Part shown: piece after piece, positions 30,998 to 42,018 of the stretch
How positions within the stretch are numbered: position 1 is the stretch's first letter
Layout of the letters: the number at the start of each line of letters is the position of its first letter
From: Spirochaetaceae bacterium
GTDB lineage: Bacteria > Spirochaetota > Spirochaetia > DSM-2461
Direction of reading: 5' to 3'
Length of the DNA stretch: 64,000 nt
Assembly: GCA_965224705.1 (NCBI GenBank)
Contig: OZ245056.1
Location: forward strand, 2,941,945 to 3,005,944
The notes under the pieces: generated by a model
Seen by the model: the letters and a program-made list of their open reading frames with translations, nothing else
The model's database searches: none
What the model was told of the DNA's origin: nothing
Position numbers and translations under genes: made by a program

Positions 30998-31027
30998 AGT
31001 ATACGTATACATATAAATCGTTGTCAA
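30998..31027 (-). promoter_or_regulatory. Promoter with palindromic operator GTATACGTATAC
   Basis: TTGACA-N18-TATACT with the palindrome (30999-31010) over the -10; repeated at 32540. Confidence 0.75.
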
Positions 31028-31104
31028 TAGAAAAAAGCCGCCTTTTATGTGCATACCATTATTTCACATACAAAAAGAGGCTTAAATCCTTTGTCTAAAG
31101 TTAA

Positions 31105-32487
31105 TTATATTGAATTATCAATAAGTTCAATATTATCTAAAACAACAGAAGGTTTATGCAACCCAACTAAGAAACTCACCATTCCATTATAGATAGTCTC
31201 CTTAGCTATAAAATCATACTCAAACGGCTCCATCCAACTCGTAATAATAATCTTCTCCTCCTTCAAATAGAAACCGCCTGAATAATTCCTTTCAGAAGGA
31301 CCAACTTCTACATCAATTTCTCGAGCGCCTCCAATTGACTTGGCATCAAACTTTAATGTGTATTCATGATCTTTAAAAAGGGTTAAGCCTATCTGTCTAA
31401 CATAAGGATTCCAAACTTCTGCAGGAGTGAGTAATTTACAAACATATTTCCCATCTACAACATCATAACTGGAACGGGTCTCATCCCATCCTCCAGGCCA
31501 GCCAAATTCCCAATTAAAACCTGTTGTTTGCCAAAATTCGGCTGTTTTGTCAAACGTTCCATTACGGAGATTTACAATTGGTCTCGCTGGCGGATTAACT
31601 GGGTCCTTTTTAAAAACTCTAACCCAATCGACATACATATGCACATCCTGAGTCAATGTTGGATCTCCTGGCCACTCACCGCCACAGGCAATATTGAACA
31701 ATAAAAAGAAGTTTTCATGAAATTCACTCTTATTTTTATCTTCAATTGATGCAATAAAAAAGATTTTCCCATCGAGTGATACTGTTATATACTCCTCATC
31801 CCAAGTCATCTCGTAAAGATGATACTCATCTCCCCAAATCACATCCTCTAAAACCAACATTGAGTTTTCATATTTCCTTCCAACATGTTGATTGGACGTA
31901 TCTGGTCCTGGAGGGACACACCAATGGATAGTGGAAAAAGCTTCTTTTTCTCTATTTTTCTCTGAAACTGGGTCTGTACCACCTATAACTTCCATAATAT
32001 CTATTTCTCCACTCTCTGGCCAGGGAATATTTCCCCCGTATTCATCAATAGATGAACCAAGCATCCAGAACGCAGGCCAAACACCTTGCTCCATATAGTC
32101 GATCCGGATTCTTGCCTGCACTTTACCATAAGTGAAATCAAATTTTCCCGCAGAATTTATTCTTGCAGAAGTATAATTTCCTTCTTCGACAGTTGGCCCA
32201 TCATATGATAGTTTAAGAACCATATTTCCATCTTTTTCCCAGGAATGTGATGAGTCACTTGTGTATCTCTGCCACTCTTTATTGACAGTGCCAGGCTCCA
32301 TCGCTTCTCTTGTCCACTTTGCCGTGTCAAATACTCCGTCATTAAATTCATCTGACCAATGTAAATTCCATCCGGCCCCTGGAGCATCATTATCATCCAA
32401 AGGATCAATATTCACAGTAGGATCATCACAAGAAACCAATAACGCAATAATCATGAATAAAGAAAAGGGCTTATGTACTTTTCCCAT
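31105..32487 (-). CDS. GH16 beta-1,3-glucanase (laminarinase-like) lipoprotein with C-terminal CBM4/9-like module
   Basis: WSDEF, YTSARI, WPAFWMLG, catalytic EIDIME, MYVDWVRV; LLVSC lipobox. Confidence 0.92.
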   Translation of the reverse strand: MGKVHKPFSLFMIIALLVSCDDPTVNIDPLDDNDAPGAGWNLHWSDEFNDGVFDTAKWTREAMEPGTVNKEWQRYTSDSSHSWEKDGNMVLKLSYDGPTVEEGNYTSARINSAGKFDFTYGKVQARIRIDYMEQGVWPAFWMLGSSIDEYGGNIPWPESGEIDIMEVIGGTDPVSEKNREKEAFSTIHWCVPPGPDTSNQHVGRKYENSMLVLEDVIWGDEYHLYEMTWDEEYITVSLDGKIFFIASIEDKNKSEFHENFFLLFNIACGGEWPGDPTLTQDVHMYVDWVRVFKKDPVNPPARPIVNLRNGTFDKTAEFWQTTGFNWEFGWPGGWDETRSSYDVVDGKYVCKLLTPAEVWNPYVRQIGLTLFKDHEYTLKFDAKSIGGAREIDVEVGPSERNYSGGFYLKEEKIIITSWMEPFEYDFIAKETIYNGMVSFLVGLHKPSVVLDNIELIDNSI

Positions 32488-32538
32488 TTTCCATCCTTAA
32501 CAAAATTTTCTTATTTTGAATTGAACACTCAATAAGAA

Positions 32539-32567
32539 AGTATACGTATACATTTTTTCATTGTCAA
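32539..32567 (-). promoter_or_regulatory. Promoter with palindromic operator GTATACGTATAC
   Basis: TTGACA-N17-TATACT with the palindrome at 32540-32551. Confidence 0.78.
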
Positions 32568-32831
32568 GATCCTTTAAATGACATTTTAACCCAATCTTAA
32601 TCACTTTGAAGCCGCTGGCAGGACGCTTTTTTCCGGGATGCTTATTGCTCAACAGTCCGCAGATGCGCTCCCTGAGTTCCCTGCTTACGGATGATAGCGG
32701 ATAGTTGGACATTGGCAATAGTATTGGAGTTTGAGAAATGTTCTACAGCAGGGCAAATTGTGATATTCATTGGCGCAGCCTGTGTAACCTTTGAAAAGAA
32801 ACTGAAAGAAGAAACTGGAGAAGCGTGAGAA

Positions 32832-33356
32832 CTATCTCATCTTTGCGAGCAGTTTTGCAGCCCGTTTGGCGACAGACTTCCGATGGTTGCTGCTCAACCG
32901 CTCCAGATTGGGTTTTAGCCAGGCGGCTAACGCTGGATCATCTTTCGACCAATCGCCCAAAACCTGCATGCTGTTGTTCAGCACAATCCAGTCGTTATGG
33001 GCGGCCAGGTTGTGCTGCATAATCGCTTGAGCTTTTTCTTTTTGTCCAGCCGACATACGGTTTTCAAGCAGGTCAAATAGATTGGCCAATGTCCATTGGG
33101 TAGAGGCCTGATCAATCTGAGAGATTTCATCGGTGAATCGATCTATGTAGGGGATCAGCCAATCGGGATGCTCTTTGCACACCCGTTTAATGCCGTTTGA
33201 GGTACGCAGACGCACAACTTCGTCGTTGCTGAAATAACATCGATAAAGATCTTCAAGCCGCTCAGGATTGGCCAGGACGATATCAACCACTTCCAGCGTT
33301 CGGCCCAGTGAATTTGGATGGCCCCCTGTTAACATCGATTCAAATGATTCTTCCAT
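32832..33356 (-). CDS. Conserved hypothetical HEAT/ARM-like helical protein
   Basis: MLTGGHPNSLGRT...DEVVRLR...RKSVAKRA; start chosen at MEESF. Confidence 0.65.
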   Translation of the reverse strand: MEESFESMLTGGHPNSLGRTLEVVDIVLANPERLEDLYRCYFSNDEVVRLRTSNGIKRVCKEHPDWLIPYIDRFTDEISQIDQASTQWTLANLFDLLENRMSAGQKEKAQAIMQHNLAAHNDWIVLNNSMQVLGDWSKDDPALAAWLKPNLERLSSNHRKSVAKRAAKLLAKMR

Positions 33357-33505
33357 AGCCCCAATCATAGACAGCCAGCTAATTTGTAACAACCAGGGCT
33401 TTTTCTTCATTTCTGAGCATTTCGCCCAAAATGCGGGTGCGGCCATGTACCCACGGGCAACCCTATAGAAGGTCATTTATCAGTTTATCTCAATGAATCT
33501 CGTTA

Positions 33506-34531
33506 CTAATCCCAATACAGCAGGATCTTCCCGGACTGACGGGAATGCATAATCTCAAAACCCCTTTGGAAGTCCTCCACCGGCATTCTGTGGGTGATAA
33601 TCCGGGTAATATCCAGCCCCGAGCGGATCATGGCGGCCATTTTATACCAGGTTTCAAACATTTCCCGACCGTAAATTCCCTTGAGGAGGAGGCCCTTGAA
33701 AATGATCTGGCTCCAGTTCACCGAGGATTCTTCGGGAGGAATTCCCAATAGAGCAACTTTTCCACCGTTGTTCATTTTCTCAAAGAGCTGGTGCTGGGCC
33801 AGAGCGTTTCCCGACATTTCCATTCCCACATCGAAGCCCTCCAGCATGTGGAGTTCCGTCATAATGTCTTCCAGCTTGTCATTTTTAATGTTCACCGCTC
33901 GGGTTACCCCCATCTGCCGGGCCAGGTTAAGTCGGTATTCGTTTTCGTCCGTTATGATTACATAGCGGGCTCCCGCATGTTTGGCTACCGCCCCGGCCAT
34001 GATGCCTATGGGCCCCGCGCCGGTTATTAGAACATCCTCGCCCACCAGATCAAAGGAAAGGGCCGTATGGACCGCGTTTCCCAGGGGATCAAAGATGGCC
34101 GCCGTCTCGTCGGAGATGAAATCGTCTAGTTTGAAGGCGTTGTAGGCGGGCATAACCAGGTATTCGGCAAAACAGCCCTGCCTGTTGACTCCAATGCCCT
34201 GGGCGTTTCGGCAAAGATGGCGCTTCCCCGCCCGGCAGTTGCGGCAGTGTCCACAGGTCAGATGGCCTTCTCCCGTTACCCGATCCCCCACCTTGAATCC
34301 CACCGTTTCATTGCCCATGGCTTCGACAGTTCCCACGAATTCGTGGCCCGTAATCATGGGTACCGGGATGGTTTGTCGGGACCACTTGTCCCAGTTGTAG
34401 ATATGAATGTCGGTTCCACAGATGGAGGTGATCTTGATCTTTATCAGCAGGTCGTTGGGGCCGTATTCCGGCGGGGGGGCGTCGATCATCCAGAGACCGG
34501 GCTCCCTCTTCTGTTTGGCCAGGGCCTTCAT
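33506..34531 (-). CDS. tdh: L-threonine 3-dehydrogenase
   Basis: [56 protein letters not shown]; adjacent to kbl. Confidence 0.97.
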   Translation of the reverse strand: MKALAKQKREPGLWMIDAPPPEYGPNDLLIKIKITSICGTDIHIYNWDKWSRQTIPVPMITGHEFVGTVEAMGNETVGFKVGDRVTGEGHLTCGHCRNCRAGKRHLCRNAQGIGVNRQGCFAEYLVMPAYNAFKLDDFISDETAAIFDPLGNAVHTALSFDLVGEDVLITGAGPIGIMAGAVAKHAGARYVIITDENEYRLNLARQMGVTRAVNIKNDKLEDIMTELHMLEGFDVGMEMSGNALAQHQLFEKMNNGGKVALLGIPPEESSVNWSQIIFKGLLLKGIYGREMFETWYKMAAMIRSGLDITRIITHRMPVEDFQRGFEIMHSRQSGKILLYWD

Positions 34532-35718
34532 CGGATAATTTCCATGTCTCTGCCGGTTTCGATAATTTTTTCCACCCCTCGTTTCACCTGTTCTTCGGTG
34601 TGGGCGGCGGACATCTGGAACCGAATCCGGGCGGCACCCTGAGGAACCATGGGGTGGGAAACCCCGATGGCGTAAATTCCCTTTTTCAGAAGCATCTCCG
34701 CCATCTTGATGGCCAGGGCGGCCTCGCCCAGCATCAGGGGGACGATGGGATGTTCCCCCGGGAGGATGGTGAACCCTGCCTCCGTGAGTGAGCGTCTGAA
34801 GTACCTGGTGTGGGAAAAGAGCCTGTCCCTCGATTCGCTGGAACTTTGTAGAAGTTCAAGGGTCTTGATGGCGGTGGCGGCCAGGGCGGGGGCCAGGGAG
34901 TTGGAAAACAGGTAGGGCCGGGACCGCTGTCTAAGCCAGCGGATAATCTCCCTCCTTCCGGATGTATATCCCCCGGATGCGCCGCCCAGGGCCTTCCCCA
35001 GGGTTCCGGTTATAATGTCCACACGGCCTTTGACACCGCAGTACTCGGGGGTTCCCGCTCCGGTTTCCCCTATGAAACCCACCGCGTGGGAATCATCCAC
35101 CATAATCAGGGCATCGTAGCTATCCGCCAGGGTACGGATGGATTTCAGATTGGCGATGACGCCGTCCATTGAAAATACTCCATCGGTGGCTATCAGCCGG
35201 AATCGGGCCGACCGGGCCTCTTTGAGTTTGCTTTCCAGGTCGTCCATATCGTTGTTTTTGTAGCGGAGGCGTCGGGCCTTGCAGAGCCGCACTCCGTCGA
35301 TGATGCTGGCATGGTTGAGGGCATCGCTGATAATGGCGTCCTCCGGTCCAAGGATTGCCTCGAATAATCCCCCGTTAGCATCAAAGCAGGAAGAGTAGAG
35401 GATGGTGTCTTCTGTTCCCAGGAAGGAACTGATTTTTGCCTCCAGTTCTCTGTGAATCTCCTGGGTTCCACAGATGAAGCGCACCGAAGAGAGGCCGTAG
35501 CCGTATCGCTCCAGGGCCTTTTGCGCCGTCTTGATCAGTTCCGGATCGTTGGACAGACCGAGGTAGTTATTAGCGGAAAAGTTTAAAACCTTTCCAACCC
35601 CCTTGACCTGAATCTCCGCCTGCTGGGGAGAAGTGATTACCCGCTCGTCCTTGAGCAGGCCTTTTTCACAAAGCCCTTCCATCGCGTCCGACAGATACCC
35701 AAAAATATCTCTACTCAT
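34528..35718 (-). CDS. kbl: 2-amino-3-ketobutyrate CoA ligase (glycine C-acetyltransferase)
   Basis: [40 protein letters not shown]. Confidence 0.97.
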   Translation of the reverse strand: MSRDIFGYLSDAMEGLCEKGLLKDERVITSPQQAEIQVKGVGKVLNFSANNYLGLSNDPELIKTAQKALERYGYGLSSVRFICGTQEIHRELEAKISSFLGTEDTILYSSCFDANGGLFEAILGPEDAIISDALNHASIIDGVRLCKARRLRYKNNDMDDLESKLKEARSARFRLIATDGVFSMDGVIANLKSIRTLADSYDALIMVDDSHAVGFIGETGAGTPEYCGVKGRVDIITGTLGKALGGASGGYTSGRREIIRWLRQRSRPYLFSNSLAPALAATAIKTLELLQSSSESRDRLFSHTRYFRRSLTEAGFTILPGEHPIVPLMLGEAALAIKMAEMLLKKGIYAIGVSHPMVPQGAARIRFQMSAAHTEEQVKRGVEKIIETGRDMEIIR

Positions 35719-35877
35719 CTTATACACCCCTATGGATCAATTTTACCGCCCGAGGAAATTTTGAACTCCATACATCTGTACCGTAAGGTTTGCTGTCTTT
35801 AATCTAATCAACTGGAATCTCGTCGGCTGGCATCACTCTCCAGCAGTATTCCCAGCCTTATCTCTCAATTTATCCAG

Positions 35878-36037
35878 GAGTCTGTCGGATTTACGTCTCA
35901 CGGCTCGATTTTTGCCCTTTTTCCCTGCTGCTGCGTTGCCAGAATACTCACGTAGCCCAGCTATGCTCCGTTTTTGTCGCCTTGCATCAGGAAAAATCAT
36001 CAAAAATCGCCTCGAAGTCTTAAAGTCCGACAGACTC
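35878..36037. repeat. MITE (160 bp)
   Basis: Same TIRs and body as the other copies; supplies the stop codon of 36020-36502. Confidence 0.92.
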
Positions 36038-36502
36038 CAAGGCTTCTTTAGTAGGACGCGACAGCGTGAGCGTTTTTTCATCAAGCCGACCCACTCCATT
36101 TGCGTAAGAATAGGGACAACGGGGATCTGTGCTTCTGGGAATACCCAGCACCTTCAGGCTGGCCGGCACCATTTCTTTAGCCAGCCGCTCCGCCAAACGT
36201 GGACGGTACGCATAGTCTTCTTCCAGCACGTCCGCCTGCATCATGTGATAAGAGAGTATGCTGCCGGGGGACTTACCCCGAATACGTCCCAGACTAAAAA
36301 GATAGTTATTACTATTGGAGAAGATATTAGCCTCGGTTACTCCGACATATATGGTTAGAATGTCCTCAGACCGATAATTATCAATGATTCCACAGAACCG
36401 GTCAAGATACTTGTCCGCATCATACTGACCTGAATCCGCCGCCGTTGATTCAATCAGATCATTCGCATACCACTCGTAAAAAAGACCATACTCTTTACTC
36501 AT
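36020..36502 (-). CDS. Archaemetzincin-like fold protein or fragment, C-terminus derived from the MITE
   Basis: YVGVTEANIF...RLAKEMV...LGIPRSTDPRCPYSY...LDEK pattern but no HExxH; ends ESVGL from the TIR. Confidence 0.5.
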   Translation of the reverse strand: MSKEYGLFYEWYANDLIESTAADSGQYDADKYLDRFCGIIDNYRSEDILTIYVGVTEANIFSNSNNYLFSLGRIRGKSPGSILSYHMMQADVLEEDYAYRPRLAERLAKEMVPASLKVLGIPRSTDPRCPYSYANGVGRLDEKTLTLSRPTKEALESVGL

Positions 36503-36976
36503 ATCACGCTTAGTCTCAAGTAAGATGTCACAATCATCCTGCTTTTTTATATAAAAACTTTCTGGTTTCCCGTGAAGGATTCAGGTAGACAACCATACGC
36601 TCCTTTCACATCCGAGGACCCCTTTTCGGAAAACGTTCAGGGTGCTTCTTCCATGCCTCCTGAAGTGTCCGGTTCCTTTTGGCGAATAGATTGGATGATG
36701 CGCAGTTATGTCTCCAATGATTTTTGAGAAAGCTCTATCCATGGCCAGAAATGCAGCATTGGCCCAGGGGCAGGATATTAAGAATTGCCATATTCATGTT
36801 GTTGATCTTCATGAAGAAACATGGGATTAGAATCAGGGTGAACCACCAATGGATAATCCAGCCTATTATCTCCGCTTTATGAAAACTTTTAACCGAATGG
36901 GTTGTCCTGTGAGTTACAGTTCCATGGACAACCGGGATTTCCTGCACAACCTTTACAACGCACTGGAGACCACTGT

Positions 36977-37909
36977 ATGAATCAGGAGAATCTGCTTGGA
37001 GTCGATATTGGCGGCACAAAAATTTCCCTGACCCTGGGGACATTTGATGGAGTTGTTCTTAAAAAGTATAAATTCAAAACACAAAAAAGCTGGCAGGAGA
37101 ATGTTTCAATAATTCAGAAGGAACTCAGCCGCATTTCCAAATTAAGTACAAGCCCGATAATGGGAATCGGCATCAGCTGCGGTGGTCCGCTGGATAGCGA
37201 AAAGGGACGGATATACAACCCTCCCAACCTTCCCGGCTGGGACAATGTCCCGGTTACCGAGATTCTTTCTGATGCTTTGGGGATTCCGGCGTTTCTTGAA
37301 AATGATGCGAATGCCTGTGCACTTGCAGAGTGGCGATGGGGGGCCGGTCAAGGATGCCGGAACATGATTTTTCTGACCTTTGGAACAGGACTGGGAGCCG
37401 GTTTAATCCTTGATGGACAATTGTATGCGGGAACAAATGGTCTGGCAGGAGAGTTTGGGCATATTCGTCTTTCAGCCGATGGCCCCTCAGGATACGGAAA
37501 GAATGGCAGCTGGGAAGGCTGGTGCAGCGGCAGTGGATTGGCGGATCATTTCCGCAAAGAATTCGGTGTGGAACTCAGTGGCAGGGAAATCTGTGCGCTA
37601 GCACTTCAGGGAGATGCCAGAGCATCCAGGGTAATTCAGGACTCAGCTCGCTACCTGGGCCAGGGGCTTTCCATTCTGATAGATATTCTTAATCCGGAAA
37701 GAATTGTTATTGGGAGTATCTTTACACGCGATGAAGCACTTTTTAGGCCGATTATGGAAAGTACCATATTTAAGGAAGCGCTTCCCGAGACAGCCGAAAA
37801 CTGTGAAATACTTCCTGCTGCGCTCAGTGAAGAACTCGGCGATCTGGCAGCATTGGGAATCGCAGCAAGTCGATTATCAAACAGGCAATTGCAAAAGGAC
37901 ACGGAATGA
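36977..37909 (+). CDS. ROK-family sugar kinase
   Basis: GVDIGGTK, ENDANACALAE, GTGLGAG, GEFGH. Confidence 0.93.
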   Translation: MNQENLLGVDIGGTKISLTLGTFDGVVLKKYKFKTQKSWQENVSIIQKELSRISKLSTSPIMGIGISCGGPLDSEKGRIYNPPNLPGWDNVPVTEILSDALGIPAFLENDANACALAEWRWGAGQGCRNMIFLTFGTGLGAGLILDGQLYAGTNGLAGEFGHIRLSADGPSGYGKNGSWEGWCSGSGLADHFRKEFGVELSGREICALALQGDARASRVIQDSARYLGQGLSILIDILNPERIVIGSIFTRDEALFRPIMESTIFKEALPETAENCEILPAALSEELGDLAALGIAASRLSNRQLQKDTE

Positions 37910-38556
37910 AAAACAGCCGCAAGTCAACAAAAGTATTGAATGATCTTATCCTTAGATATCCTGCTCTTTCTTCATCTCTTGAGGATATGGAAAAGGCCGC
38001 TGATCTAATCCTGAGAACCCTGAAGAAAGGAAAGAAAATTCTCATTTGCGGAAACGGTGGAAGCTCTGCGGATGCGGATCATATTGTCGGTGAACTTATG
38101 AAAGGCTTTAGACATAAGCGTCCTTTAAGCGTAAAAGACAAACAAGCTCTGGAAGTCATCGACAGCAATTTAGGCAGGACGCTGGCTGACCGGCTGCAGC
38201 AGGGCTATCCTGCGCTGTCGTTAAGTTCTTCTACCGCTCTCAATACGGCATTTATAAATGATGTTGATGCTTCTCTGGTTTACGCACAGCAGATTACAGG
38301 GATGGGGAGTAAGAACGATTTGCTATGGTGTCTTTCGACTTCAGGAAACTCTGAGAATATTGCTGCAGCGGCCATTACGGCTCGTGCCTTTGGTCTTACC
38401 AGCCTGGCGATGACCGGCAGAGAATCCAGCCGCTTGTCGGAGCTTTGCGATGTCTGCATAAATGTAGATGAGGTGGAAACCTATAAGGTTCAAGAACTTC
38501 ATCTCCCTGTTTATCACGCACTCTGCATCATAGTTGAGGAGCATTTTCATGGCTAA
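37906..38556 (+). CDS. SIS-domain sugar-phosphate isomerase (GmhA-like)
   Basis: CGNGGSSADADH, STSGNS, VQELHL. Confidence 0.9.
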   Translation: MKNSRKSTKVLNDLILRYPALSSSLEDMEKAADLILRTLKKGKKILICGNGGSSADADHIVGELMKGFRHKRPLSVKDKQALEVIDSNLGRTLADRLQQGYPALSLSSSTALNTAFINDVDASLVYAQQITGMGSKNDLLWCLSTSGNSENIAAAAITARAFGLTSLAMTGRESSRLSELCDVCINVDEVETYKVQELHLPVYHALCIIVEEHFHG

Positions 38557-38885
38557 GAAAAAGGTGACTATTTCTTATATTGCTGCCGAAGCCGGAGTTT
38601 AAAGGCAACCGTATCCGGGTCATCAGCAATTCTCCAGAAGTCAAACTGGAAGTCGAAAAAGATACAGAAAATATAAGAAACGTGCCTATATTCCCCAGTC
38701 AAATAGCTCAAATCCCTGCGGTTTCTCCAACAAAAACCCCTGATCTGATCATTGGATATCACAGTAAAAAACGGTTCAAAACCGCCATTCCCTTTCCACT
38801 TGGGAAGGATGGAATTGATGCCTTGTTCCACATGATACCCGGAAGAGCCATTTCTTATCTTGACAGTTCAACAGAGCGGTGCTAA
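38549..38885 (+). pseudogene. LacI-family regulator remnant
   Basis: MAKKKVTISYIAAEAGV then frameshifted KATVS/RVISN HTH; remainder largely deleted. Confidence 0.7.
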
Positions 38886-39002
38886 AGTTTCGATCAGGTA
38901 ATGTTGCTTCTAGTGCAGCATTGAAACCTACTGAAACAATTAGGATGCAGAGTGCTCGTTCTGCCTGACAATGCTTGGGAAAGCAGGAGAGAGGAGCTGT
39001 TA

Positions 39003-39533
39003 ATGAATATCCTGAAAAAAATCGATCAGGGAGTCTCCAAAATCACAGAGTGCATTCTAGCATTTGGCGTAGTGGGAATGGCTGTCATACTGGTCGCCAA
39101 TATTATTTCCCGCAGGCTCCTCAACCGCAGTCTTCCAGTTGCCGACGAAATTGGTTCTTATCTCATCATTCTAACAACATTCAGCGGAATCGGATACGCT
39201 GCCAGTAAAGGACGGCATATAAGGATGTCCGCATTTTTTGACGTTCTTCCCCGAAAAGGACAGAAGATTGTTATAATTTTTATCTCTCTTTTGACAGCAG
39301 TGACCTATGTTTATGTCTGCTATATCGCAATCCAGTACATAAACTATACAATCATGCTTGAGAGGGTGACTCCCGCAATGGAACTTCCCGCATGGATTCA
39401 AATGGTGATTATACCGGTTGGATTCGGCCTGGGAACAATTCAGTATTTTCTGAATATCGTGATCAATTTCAGGGAAAGAGAAGTTTTTATCGGCACAGAA
39501 AAACCAAGCATTGTTGAAGGAAGTGAAGCATGA
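39003..39533 (+). CDS. dctQ: TRAP small permease
   Basis: ANIISR...DEI...GRHIRM. Confidence 0.9.
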   Translation: MNILKKIDQGVSKITECILAFGVVGMAVILVANIISRRLLNRSLPVADEIGSYLIILTTFSGIGYAASKGRHIRMSAFFDVLPRKGQKIVIIFISLLTAVTYVYVCYIAIQYINYTIMLERVTPAMELPAWIQMVIIPVGFGLGTIQYFLNIVINFREREVFIGTEKPSIVEGSEA

Positions 39534-40810
39534 TTCTGACACTTGTCCTGTTGATGTTCATCCTGCTGCTCCTTGGGTTCCCCATGATTATGACACTTCT
39601 TTTTTCGACCATCGCAACCATGCTACTCTTTATGCCGAGCATAGAGATATTCACTGTGGCTCAACAGATGCTCCTCGGAGTCCAGAGTCCGGTGCTGATG
39701 GCCATCCCCATGTTCATACTTGCTGCGGATATCATGTGTGCCGGGAAGACTTCCAAGAGGCTTCTGGATTTTGTTGAGAGTTTTGTCGGTCATCTGAATG
39801 GAGGTCTGGCCACTACGACCGCTATAACCTGTGCTCTTTTCGGTTCCATTTCCGGCTCAACTCAGGCAACTGTTGTGGCCATAGGGCGGCCCGTGCGAGA
39901 GAAGCTTCTTGCCTCAAAGTACAATGACAGCGAAGCGATGGCTCTGATTATGACATCCAGCAATCTAGCCTATCTGATCCCGCCCAGTCTGGGAATGGTT
40001 GTTTACGGCGTTGCCAGCGGAGCTTCCATCGGGAATCTCTTTATTGCCGGTCTTGGACCCGCGGTTTTAATTATACTGATGTTTGCCGCATACAGTACAA
40101 TCTACGCCAGGATAAAAGGTATTCCCCGGACTGAGAGACGAACGGGAAAGGAGAGATTGACCGTCACCCGTAAGAGCCTGCTCGCCTTCGGATTTCCTCT
40201 GATTATTATGGGAGGTATCTACACCGGGCTGTTCAGCCCGACAGAGGCCGCGGCGGTCTCTGTTCTGTACGCCTTTATTGTTGAGGTTCTAATCTATAAA
40301 TCCCTGGACATGAAAGCCCTTTTCGGAGTGGCTCTCTCGACAGGGGTAGTAACAACGGTTGTTTTTATTCTGGTTGCCGTGGGCAACAGCTTCTCCTGGA
40401 TTATCTCCTATGCACGGATTCCCCAGTTGTTCGCTTCTGGAATTCTTGGAGAGAACCCTTCTGTTCTGGCAGTTCTTCTTGCCGTCAATATCGCATTTTT
40501 TATTGGGGGAATGTTCGTTGAGACTGTGGTCATCATCCTGATTCTGACCCCTCTTTTCGCACCCATTGCCTCCTCCGTCGGGATAAACCTGGTTCACCTG
40601 GGAATTATCGTAACTCTTCAGTCCGCTATCGGAACAGTAACGCCTCCCTTCGGAACCAGTATCTTTACCTGCTGCGCCATATTTGACCAGTCTTTTATAA
40701 AGGTGATTAGAAACTTGACGCCCTATATGATCATGCTGCTTGTGACCTGCGCGATTGTTTCAATCTTCCCGGATCTTTCCCTGTTTCTGGTGAAACTGAT
40801 AGGAAAGTAG
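39530..40810 (+). CDS. dctM: TRAP large permease
   Basis: AIPMFILA, ISGSTQATVVAIG, IPPS, TPPFG. Confidence 0.95.
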   Translation: MILTLVLLMFILLLLGFPMIMTLLFSTIATMLLFMPSIEIFTVAQQMLLGVQSPVLMAIPMFILAADIMCAGKTSKRLLDFVESFVGHLNGGLATTTAITCALFGSISGSTQATVVAIGRPVREKLLASKYNDSEAMALIMTSSNLAYLIPPSLGMVVYGVASGASIGNLFIAGLGPAVLIILMFAAYSTIYARIKGIPRTERRTGKERLTVTRKSLLAFGFPLIIMGGIYTGLFSPTEAAAVSVLYAFIVEVLIYKSLDMKALFGVALSTGVVTTVVFILVAVGNSFSWIISYARIPQLFASGILGENPSVLAVLLAVNIAFFIGGMFVETVVIILILTPLFAPIASSVGINLVHLGIIVTLQSAIGTVTPPFGTSIFTCCAIFDQSFIKVIRNLTPYMIMLLVTCAIVSIFPDLSLFLVKLIGK

Positions 40811-40860
40811 CGAATATGCAAAAAACCTCTTCGGAGGAAAAAATTTTAAGGAGAAGAACT

Positions 40861-41889
40861 ATGAAAGCATGGGCTCTGTTTTTTTTAGGGTTAGTGATGC
40901 TGAACGGCTCTCTGTTTGCGGGCGGAGAGGGAGATTCCGGAGCGAAGGAAGATAAGGTGTACACCTTTAAGATCACCCACGAAGAGTATGCCGATACTGT
41001 ACCCGATCTCTACGCGAAAGAGCTTGCCAGACGGATTGAAGAGAAAAGCGGCGGCAGGGTGCAGTTTGAGATCTTCCAGGTTGGACAACTGGGGGTGGGA
41101 ATTGATCTGGTGGAGCATCTGCTGACCGGAGCGACTCAGATGGCAATTGTCAGTCCTGGAAATGTGGCAACCATAGTGCCGGAAGGACAGATGTTTGCTC
41201 TTCACTATCTGCTTCCTTCAGACGTTAAGGAAACTTATGACTTTCTGGCCCAGAGCAAGGTTGCCACTGAAGAGCTGTCTGCCGTTTACGCCGAGAAAAA
41301 TCTGAGGCTGATGGATCTGTGGCCATTGGGTGCAAGCCAATGGCTTACCGGAAACCCCGTTCAATCTCCCGATGATTTCAAAGGTATGCCTTTCCGGACA
41401 ATGAATACCCCTCTGATTGTTAAAAACTACGAGGTCTATGGAGCCAACCCGACTCCTATCGCCTACACCGATGTGTACAGTTCTCTTCAGTTGAACATGG
41501 TTTCCGGGGTGGAAAATCCGGTTGGAGCTCTTGTTGATATGAAGTGGTATGAGGTCGCGGACTATCTGATCATGTCCAACCATATCATGTACCTGGAAGG
41601 AGTATTTCTGAACGACAAGTACTTCAGCTCTCTTCCTCAGGATCTTCAGGACATTTTTACAGAGACGATAAAGGAGATGCACAGCTACGCCTATGACATG
41701 CAGGAGCAGGCCAACAAGGAAGCGGAAATGGTTCTGGCAGAGCATGTGGAAGTCATTACCCTGACAGATGCTCAAATCGCAGGTTTCAAATCCAAAGCGA
41801 TGGAGGTTCGAGATTTCTACAGGAAAAACTCAAGCCGCCGCAGTGTCGAACTGCTGGACAAACTTGAGGAAGAACTGAAAAATTTCTGA
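40861..41889 (+). CDS. dctP: TRAP substrate-binding protein
   Basis: GQLG, FRTM, VYSSLQ...GVENP. Confidence 0.93.
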   Translation: MKAWALFFLGLVMLNGSLFAGGEGDSGAKEDKVYTFKITHEEYADTVPDLYAKELARRIEEKSGGRVQFEIFQVGQLGVGIDLVEHLLTGATQMAIVSPGNVATIVPEGQMFALHYLLPSDVKETYDFLAQSKVATEELSAVYAEKNLRLMDLWPLGASQWLTGNPVQSPDDFKGMPFRTMNTPLIVKNYEVYGANPTPIAYTDVYSSLQLNMVSGVENPVGALVDMKWYEVADYLIMSNHIMYLEGVFLNDKYFSSLPQDLQDIFTETIKEMHSYAYDMQEQANKEAEMVLAEHVEVITLTDAQIAGFKSKAMEVRDFYRKNSSRRSVELLDKLEEELKNF

Positions 41890-41911
41890 TTATCATCCGT
41901 TGGAATACTAT

Positions 41912-41937
41912 GGGAGGGAGGATGCCTCTTCCCTCCC
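41912..41937 (+). terminator. GC-rich hairpin after dctP
   Basis: gggagggagg...cttccctccc inverted repeat; no U-tract. Confidence 0.4.
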
Positions 41938-42018
41938 GCCCACTCCCGGCAGTGCCGGTTGGATTATTAAAAAGAGACTTTATCAGTAAACAGATTCTGC
42001 AGCAAAGGAGGTAGAACC

